From NCBI RefSeq assembly GCF_009914755.1, contig NC_060937.1: a stretch of 64,000 nucleotides of DNA, one strand, 5' to 3'. The position numbers were made by a program, and so were the translations under genes. The notes below the pieces were generated by a model. The model had not been told where the DNA came from. It worked only from the letters and a program-made list of their open reading frames with translations, and made no database searches. This document shows, in pieces, positions 55,401-64,000 of the stretch. Each line of letters begins with the position of its first letter. The stretch's first letter is position 1. The DNA is from the human T2T-CHM13v2.0 reference genome, Homo sapiens.

Positions 55401-58400
55401 CGGAAAGGCTGCCCACTGAGGTCAACTGTGCAGGTAGGCTTCTAGGAGAAAATGTAGGGGGCAATAGCAAAACATAACTTGTTTAAGTCTGAGATAGGGT
55501 TTCCATAACATAGGATGATTATATCCATCAGGATGGGCTAAGTTATGCTTCAGTAACAAACAACCCCGAAGTCTTAGTGTCTTCAAACAGCAAAGTTTCT
55601 TTCTTTCTTACTCTCCATGTCCATCATGAATTGGCTGGGGGATGTGTTACATGCTGTTCTCACTTGGGGACCCAGGCTTATTGACCAGCCACCATCTGGA
55701 ACTTTCTCCTTGCTGTGGCAGAAGGGAGAGGGTATGGAACAAGCTGTGGATTAGCTTTTAAAGTTTCCACCCAGGTATGACAGACACCACTTCTGCTTAC
55801 ATTTCTTTGTACATTTCAAAGTCCTGAAAATGTAGAAGAAAGCTCATTGGTCGGTAGAGGGAAGGCTTGAGAAAACAGAGCAGGACAGTTGGACAAAACC
55901 TTTAGAAAAGCGGAGTGCTAGGACATGTATTCTGAGCTTGCTTTCCCTTCTCAGGTCTTAGACAAATCCTTACCTTTTTTTCTTTTCTTCTTCTTCTTTT
56001 TTTTTTTTTTTTTTTGTTGGTGGCAGGAAAATGGCAATTGGGAGGAATGCTGGTCAACGGCATATGTGCCTCTAAATTCAAAGAAGGTCAGAAATAAATT
56101 AGAAGTGTCCTCATGTGACACATTCCTTCAAGTATAGGGTAAATTACAGTTTCTGACTAATTGGTGGGGAAATCTCCCGAGAGTGAAAGATCAAGTATCG
56201 GTAATGGGATTACATGTCCTCTCACTTGCACTTGGGGAAAACTTGCATAAACCATCTTCATTAATTACAGTCCTAATGGCTTTTACTTTTACCACCATCA
56301 ACCTACCACCAAGATCAAAAACCTTTTACTAAGCAACTTTCAGAATGTGGAACTAGGCATGCTGAGTGCTTTACAGTTTGGTTAAATCACCTGTTTAGCA
56401 AAAGTACTTAGGACAGAAGTGCTTAGGACAACTAAACAAATACTGAGAGCAATGTGAATATGAATATTAACACTTTGGGAAGGCTGAAGAACAAATATTT
56501 TTTGCAGGGCAATCTTTGCAGAAGGGATCATGAATGGTATTTAGGAAGAATTGAACCAGAAGAATTTAATTCATTATTGTGTGTGTAATTCACAGTACTA
56601 GGCACTGGGGTATAAGCTCTTGCCCTCTAGGGAGTGGTGGTCAGTGGGGAAGACAGTCACACTGTCTTCACAGTGTCAGTCACGTTGCCCAACTTTAGTG
56701 TAAGGTAGTTAGTTATAGATAGAGATTTGCCCAGGAAAGGAGATCAGATTCTAGGAACTTATTTGAGAAGGAGAGGCGATAGTGCGGTGAGCTCCTTGGG
56801 AGAAGGAAGGGGCTGTTTCTGGCCAAGTATTGGACTTGGGAGTATGCATAGGGTAAGAATAATTGCTACTATGTACCCTCAAAGTTCAGTTATAACCACC
56901 AGTATCAAAAAGAGCTGGGGACTAAAGTATCCCATTAGAGATGAATATAGTATTCATTTATCTTTGGAAGTAGGCAGGTATAAGCAATACATAAAACAAT
57001 ATTTTAATACAGAATTTAGAGAATTGGAGGAGGCACAGGGTACCATCCTAGTCTCCTCATCCACTCTAAGTTGGTTAAATGAAGTGGATAATTCTTACCC
57101 TACCTATCTCAGAGTAGAGGTGAGGGTTCTGTGATATAAAGAATGCAGGTCTTTTATGAACTGTAAGGCATTATATATATTAGGCCATAGTGCTGATGGA
57201 GATGCTTAAACTAAAGAGACATTAAGCCAGTTGCGCAGAGACAAGTGTGGGTGACAGATGACACAGGAAAGGAAGTGGCTTGGGGTAGCTGCTGAAAGGC
57301 AAGTTGGGGACTAGGGCTGAAGTCAATCAGAAAGTTTTGATGCCCTTGAACCATGGGGTGGGGAACAGTGCTAAAGGGAAGAAAGGTAGCACTCTGTTTA
57401 GCTGGGGATAGGAGGGGCTAGAGGCTGGATATTGGTTAGACAGGAGGTTTTCACTGCTTCAAGCTCAGTGCGTGGCATTAAGAAGTCACCAATAAGTATG
57501 TGTTGGATATATTGAATGAATGAAGAAGTGAAAAGACCCGACTGTCTTGGCCTTAGAGCTCTTCTGAAATAACATCTCCCTCAGTTGTATCAGGGGCACA
57601 GATATTGACTCCCTGCCCTGCACACATGCTGAAGACTCCTTTTGGTTGACTTTAGTAAATGTGAGTCAGGCAATCAGGGCAGGGCAGTGTCAAAGATTCA
57701 ACTCAATACGGGCATCTCAAGGCTGGTCAGGTCTTGGACAGCACTACTAGAAAGTCCTGATGCTACAGATGCAGACGGGGTGACATCTGGACTGTTCGGC
57801 CTTCTCCTGGTTCCATAACTGGAAACATTTGACCCTTCTTCCCTGAGAGCCTCCAGACTGACTTTGGCTCCCTAAGACAGGGCTGGCTTCCTCCCAGCCA
57901 CCCCTGCTTGACTCCAGCTGGCCAAGGCAGTTTAAGCCTTCAGGCCTTTGCTGAATCTTTCTTCTTCATCAAGGGCCTTTATGGCTATGGCATCACTGCT
58001 TCCCAGCCTTCATCTCTCCTGTTGCCAAACCCAGCTTGAAGGTGGTTCTAGTTCATTCACAGATAAGCTCATATTACATATCATTTATCAAAATCACAGT
58101 CATATATTAAATTCTGTCTCTAGGAGAAGGGGGCGTAATCCTAGGACAGATCTTGGGAAGTTTGCCACTGATACATCCCTTTAATCTGTCCTGGCTGGCT
58201 CTGCAGGCGCGCCTATCCTGCTCTGTAGGTGCTCACCAAGGCTTTTTAAGATGCAGCCCTCTGCTGATAATAATAGCAATAATACTTCTAATGATGGCAA
58301 CGGGTATTGAGTACTTGCTTTTAGCCACACATTCTGCTAGGCAGTTCACATACTTAATTTAATTCTCTTAGCAGCTCTGTAAAGTAGGTCTTATTATGAT

Positions 58401-58869
58401 AAGTTTCAAAGAAACCAAGGCTCAGAGAAGTTAATGTCTTCAAGGGCTCTCAGCTGGTTAGTAGCAAGGAAAGACTTAAATCCAATTCTAATGGTGCAAA
58501 AACCCAAGTGCTTTCCATTATATGAAGCTGCACCCCTATTTCACCACCTTCTTACTCTCAAGGGCTCTTTGGGTCCTCTGTCTCCTCTCAGAGGCCCCTC
58601 AAGGTTTGCAATGTGCAGAACTCCAGCTTCTCCATCTGGAGCCCTGACCACTTGCCTGCACTCCCACTCTGTTTTACTTGGGCATCTTGTTTGTATACTT
58701 AGCTATAATTTCCCACCCAGTAGGCAGCAAACAAAATTCATCACATCATTTCTCCAACTGATAATTTTTTTCTGATCTCTCTTTCTGTCACCAGCACAGA
58801 GTCTTTCAATACTTCAGATAGGAAGTAGGTTTACATTTTCACTCTCCCTCATCTCTTCTAACCATCAGT

Positions 58870-59158
58870 TTTGTTTTGGTTTTGTTTTTGTTTGAGACAG
58901 AGTCTCACTCTATCACCCAGGCTGGAGTCCAGTGATCTCAGCTCACTGCAACCTCCGCCTCCTGGGTTCAAGCGATTCTCCTGCCTCAGCCTCCTGAGTA
59001 GCTGGGACTATGGGTGTGCGCCACCACGCTCAGCTAATTTTTGTATTTTTAGTAGATATGGGATTTCACCATGTTGGTCTTGAACTTTTGACCTCAAGTG
59101 ATCCGCCCCCCTCGGTCTCCCAAAGTGCTGGGATTGCAGGCATGAGCTGCTGCACCTG
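58870..59158 (-). mobile_element. Alu
   Basis: Reverse Alu; TSD (c)c(a/t)atcagtt. Confidence 0.92.
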
Positions 59159-60774
59159 AACCTATCAGTTCTTTTTAGGGTTGTATGACGCTTCCAAATG
59201 TTTCTTGCAGCTATTTCTGACTTCCCAGCCTATGGCCCCCATCCTAGGTCAGGCCCTCTTCCACCCAGGCCTGGAAGCTTGAAAGAGCTTCTGAAGTGAG
59301 CCAGCTGCTAGAACACATGGCACCTCTACACACATCAGAGAAAGTCTTCTTTCCTCTGGGTAGATGCAGTCCCACACCAGGGCACGTGGCTTGGCAAACA
59401 GAGCACAGGCTGGAACCCACTGACTCCCCAGTCAGGGGAACTTGTGCAGTGAACAGCCTGCACATCAGTGCCTGGTGACCCCTGAAGTGAAGACTCACCT
59501 TATCTTATATTCTTCACCATTTAAAACATCTCATCTGGAGTGATTTCAAGATATTCAACAACTGGTGTGTCATGGACATTGACCAATTAGAATGGACACT
59601 GATCTTAGCCTTGGGGCAAGATCTACAGGCTTCCCACTGAGCCATGCATTAACCCTTTAATTTCTGGATTGTGGGAAGCTGAGGAGATAACTAGGGGAGA
59701 GGCTAGGGTAGTACTAGTGATTTATACCGCGTACTGTAGCTGTACTTGAGTATTTTAACAATAAGCACATTACTGGTGCATCCGGGCTGAATATTAACTC
59801 GCTTAGCCCACCCTGAGGAATCCTCTACAGGCCCCAGTCCAACTCCATTCATCAATGGTGCCTGATTGTTTCCCACACTTGGCAAACACCAATTTCCACT
59901 GGCAACAAGGACCTCCACATACATGATTGTTTCAGGATAGGCTTAAATTTAGGTGTGGTTATCAGAGCAGGTACAGGCTATTTGGAGACATGCCTCCAGG
60001 GGGCGCTCAAGATGACCACCTCTTTTCCAAACCTAATCATTCCATTCACCAACAGCCACTTTCAGGAGGAAATCCATCTTGGGGTCAAGATTTACAGGAA
60101 TCCATAGAGACATGCAAATAGGCTACAGGGTAGGGGAGATAGACAGATTTTAATTCTTTGTATCTAGATTTATAGATGGACATCTACCTACTTGCCTATC
60201 TATAAAATATTAAGTTTTACATTTTTTCTTACTACCTTCCATTCCAAAAGGTAGTCCTTAATTATATAATTTTCACTGGACATAGAGTAGAAGCTGCTTG
60301 AAGAGCCAGAGGGGCAGGAGAGAAAGGGGTATGCTTCTGGGAGTGTGGATGAGGGTGTACTATGAGTTTTCCCTTTGTTGGGAAAGAAACAGGAGTGCCA
60401 TGCCCTGGGGAGGGGCAAGGCCTGGGAAGGGGTGGTGCTTCTAGGGAGTCTTGCTTTCTGGGTCTCCCAGCCTTACCTGAAGAGACCATATGGTGTCCCA
60501 GTGTACCTGCCGTGACTTATGATGGGGGTGGGGGGTGTCACTGCAGAAGCCCCTGGGACTTTTGCTTGAATCTGGAGAGGGAGCCCCAATACTTACTGCA
60601 ATGAATTTCTGACTACCTCAGAAGGATGGTGGCTTACAGTTGGATTTAGTGAAGAAAATAAAGTGATGAATTTTTTTTCACACCTGGATTTTTAAACAAA
60701 ACTGTATGCCTACCTTAAAGCTTTCTCCAGGTCTCTCTCTTACACCTCTCTTTCTCTCTGCCTCTTAAAACATT

Positions 60775-61200
60775 TTTTAAAAAATTAATTAATTATATTT
60801 GTACACATTTATGAGGTATATGTGAATTTTGTTACATGCATAGATTGTGTAGTGGTCAAGTCAGTGCTTTTAGGTATCCATCACCTGAATAATGCACATT
60901 GTACCCACTGACTAATTTCTCTTCATTCACCTCCCCACTCCCTCGCCCTCCTGAGTCTCTACTGTCTATCATTCCACTCTCTAAGTTCATGTGTTCACAT
61001 AGTTTAGCATCCACTTGTGTGTGAAAACATGCAATATTTGACTTTCTGTGCCTGGCTTGCTTCACTTAAGTCAATGACCTCCAGCTCCATCCATGTTACT
61101 GCAAAAGACATAGTTTCATTCTCTCTTGTGGCTAAATAGTATTTCATTGTGTATATATACCACATTTTAAAAATTCATTCATCTGTTGATGGACAGTTAC
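60775..61200 (-). mobile_element. L1MA 3' end fragment
   Basis: tttgtacacatttatgaggtatatgtg...tttcattgtgtatatataccacatttt. Confidence 0.8.
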
Positions 61201-61785
61201 TGCTTCTGTCTCTTAACCCATCTCTGTTTGCATTGCTTTTTGTCCTTCCCACATGGATAATGTGGTAACATGGGCCTGGGTTGCCTTCCTTCAGAGGAGA
61301 GCCTTTCTGTTAAAGGCAAGCAGAACCTAACAGTGGCTCAAAGCAAAAAAGGCAGGGGTCTCTTGCTTGGGTCAGCTCTACCATAGTCATTAGGGGGAGG
61401 AACTCTGCTTGGTTCTGTTTCCATGAACCCTGACTGAGAGCTAGAACCCAGAGGGACAGAGTTAGTCTGTGGACCTAGGGAAGGGACAGAGTTAGCCATT
61501 CATCCTGTCTCTGTCCTGAGTCTAAGGAACCAAAAGGGTCCTTGGAGGACAAATAGACTCCTCAAATTCCTTTTCCTCTTCTTCCGTAGAAAGATAACTC
61601 TGAATTTTATCTGGGCACATGGCCATGTAAAATAAAGACCACATTTCTCAGTCTTCCCTGTAGCTAGGTATGGTTATGAGAATAAATTCTGGCAATAAAA
61701 TATAAGCAAAAATGTCATATGTGACTTTGGGGAAATGGCCTGGGGTGCTGTGATCTTCTTTGTCTTTATTTTTATCTTCTAGATT

Positions 61786-62008
61786 AGGAGTTGGCAAACT
61801 TTTTCTGTAAAGGGCCAGAGAGTAAATATTTTCAGCTTTGTGGGCCATATGGTCTTTGTTGCAACTAGTCAACTCTGTTATTAAACTGTGAAAGCAGCCA
61901 TAGACTATATGTGAACAAGTGGGCGTGGCTATATTCCAATAAAACCTTATTTATTAAAACAGGTGGAAGATGGGATTTGGCCTATGGGCTTTAATTTGTC
62001 AGCCACTG
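61786..62008. mobile_element. MER58A-like hAT MITE within an MLT LTR (~61590-62225)
   Basis: ggagttggcaaactttttctgtaaagggccagagagtaaatatttt ... tttgtcagccactg, flanked by tctaga. Confidence 0.75.
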
Positions 62009-62829
62009 GTCTAGAATACATGTGTGATAGCTGGAATGGGAGCAGCCACCCTGGACCATGAGGTGAAAGTCATGTACTGGGGATGGCAGAGAAACAAACT
62101 AGAAGGAGCCTGAGTCCCTGTTATCACAGAGCCACCCTGTGAGCTCTTTGGCTTGGATTTATGTGAGAGAAATAAGCTTCTATGTTGGTTATGCTAAAGC
62201 ATATGCAAATGAACCTAATCCTGATGAACAGATCGTTCATGTGCGGTTAAGCCTAGCTGACCAGACTAAGAGACTATTCAAGAATATGGGATTAAAGCTC
62301 CAGCTAGGAATAAAGTGTGCATTTTTTTCAGGGGTATATTCTGTACTCTGAATATCTCCAGAATTTTCCACTCATCTTGATTAAGCAAGGCCACAAACAA
62401 AACTTTGGGATTGATCTTTGTGTAACCCACAAGGTGGTGAGCAGCACACAGTGAAAGTTGTTGCAACTGACTTTTTGTCCATGTGACAGGTGCTGGGATT
62501 GACAGCATGCAACATTCCCCAGCAGCAGGGCCTTGCCAGCTCTCCACACTGGAACCCAGCACGCTGACACATCTCTAATGAGATTTACAATGTGTAAATG
62601 CAAATACACCGAGTTTTAGCACCTTTTAAAAATTTTGGCTGTCAGTCAGAACCTGTCCCTGAAATCAGTAATGTTGGAAGAAGCTCTGGAGTCCTTTAGC
62701 AATCCTCCTGATGATTTAGTTTCATGTGTTCCAGTGACTGACTCTGCTGCATTCCTGGGGAGATCCAAAAGCTCAGTTCTTAGGATTTGGGAGTCTCATG
62801 CAAATAAAAAAGAATGATGAGGTAACTGA

Positions 62830-63226
<397 letters not shown>

Positions 63227-63424
63227 TCAAAAATATTCTTTTTACAGCTGCTGGAATGTTGTAGTTGACCCCACTAGGAGCCTTGTTCATTTTTCTTTTG
63301 CTCCAAGAAATCCTGCTGTTGCTTCTGGGTGCAGACATCCATTTTACAGAGGACATGGGTTTGTTATTCCTGGAGAAGAGAAAGCTGAATGGTGCCCACA
63401 TTCTGTCTTCAAGCATTTAAAGCT

Positions 63425-63790
63425 GTGTGTGTACATGGAATACTATGCAGCCATAAAAAATGAAATCATGTCCTTTGTAGCAACATGGATACAGCTGGAG
63501 GTCATTATGCTAAGTGAACTAACGTAGGAACAGAAGACTGAATACCGCATGTTCTCACTTATAAGTGGGAGCTAAACATTGAGTACACATGGATAAAAAG
63601 ACAGGAACAATAGACACCAGTGCCTACCTGAAGGAGGAGGGTGAGGATCAAAAAACTACCTACTGGATATATGCTTATTAACTGGATGAATAAATCATTC
63701 ATACGCCAAACCCCAGTGAAATACTATTTACCTGTTTAACAAACCCGCACATACACCGCCTGAACTGAAATAAATTTTGGAAAAAAAAAT
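63425..63790 (+). mobile_element. L1PA/PB 3' end (ORF2 C-terminus relic and 3' UTR)
   Basis: MEYYAAIKNEIMSFVATWIQLEVIMLSE is the L1 ORF2 C-terminus, followed by the L1 3' UTR and an A tail. Confidence 0.88.
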
Positions 63791-64000
63791 GTGTGTGTGT
63801 GTGGTGCTTAATGAAAAAATTGTGGGCAAATTGTTGCTTATATTTCATGAAAGAGGGGAGGAAGGTGCTACTTTCAAACAAGAGTAATTTTGATGAGACC
63901 TAAAGAAGAAACATCTCAGCCTTCAGAAGGATGAATTGCTCCCCCTGGGAAGCTGAAACAAAATGTCTAATCTGAGATGGCTAAGGGTGGGGTTAGGAGC

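Overview
Primate (human-like) genomic DNA; the gene content fits the PCDH8 locus, which I recall as 13q14.3. There is one protein-coding gene, PCDH8 (delta-2 protocadherin, minus strand). Its three coding exons (45881-43251, 43077-42870, 42378-42005) splice to 1070 aa, and an in-frame internal donor gives a 973-aa form. It has a TATA/CCAAT promoter in a large CpG island, a second upstream CpG-rich block and several poly(A) signals. Downstream of the gene lie the MIR759 hairpin (7493-7583), a PPIA (cyclophilin A) retrocopy whose ORF is still open despite three indels, and a dense transposon field: many Alus, a full-length SVA with TSD, two divergent LTR12/ERV9 solo LTRs, MER41B, MST/MLT LTRs, hAT-Charlie elements and L1/L2/MIR relics. 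Nearly all other ORFs in the track are Alu/LTR/SVA-derived or GC-rich shadow frames. I see no evidence of a wholly new multi-gene system. The best leads are the frame-preserved PPIA retrocopy, a predicted NMD-escaping intron-retention isoform of PCDH8, an unexplained ~75-bp dispersed duplication, and the regulatory motif clusters. Repeat subfamily calls are by eye and most repeat boundaries are approximate.
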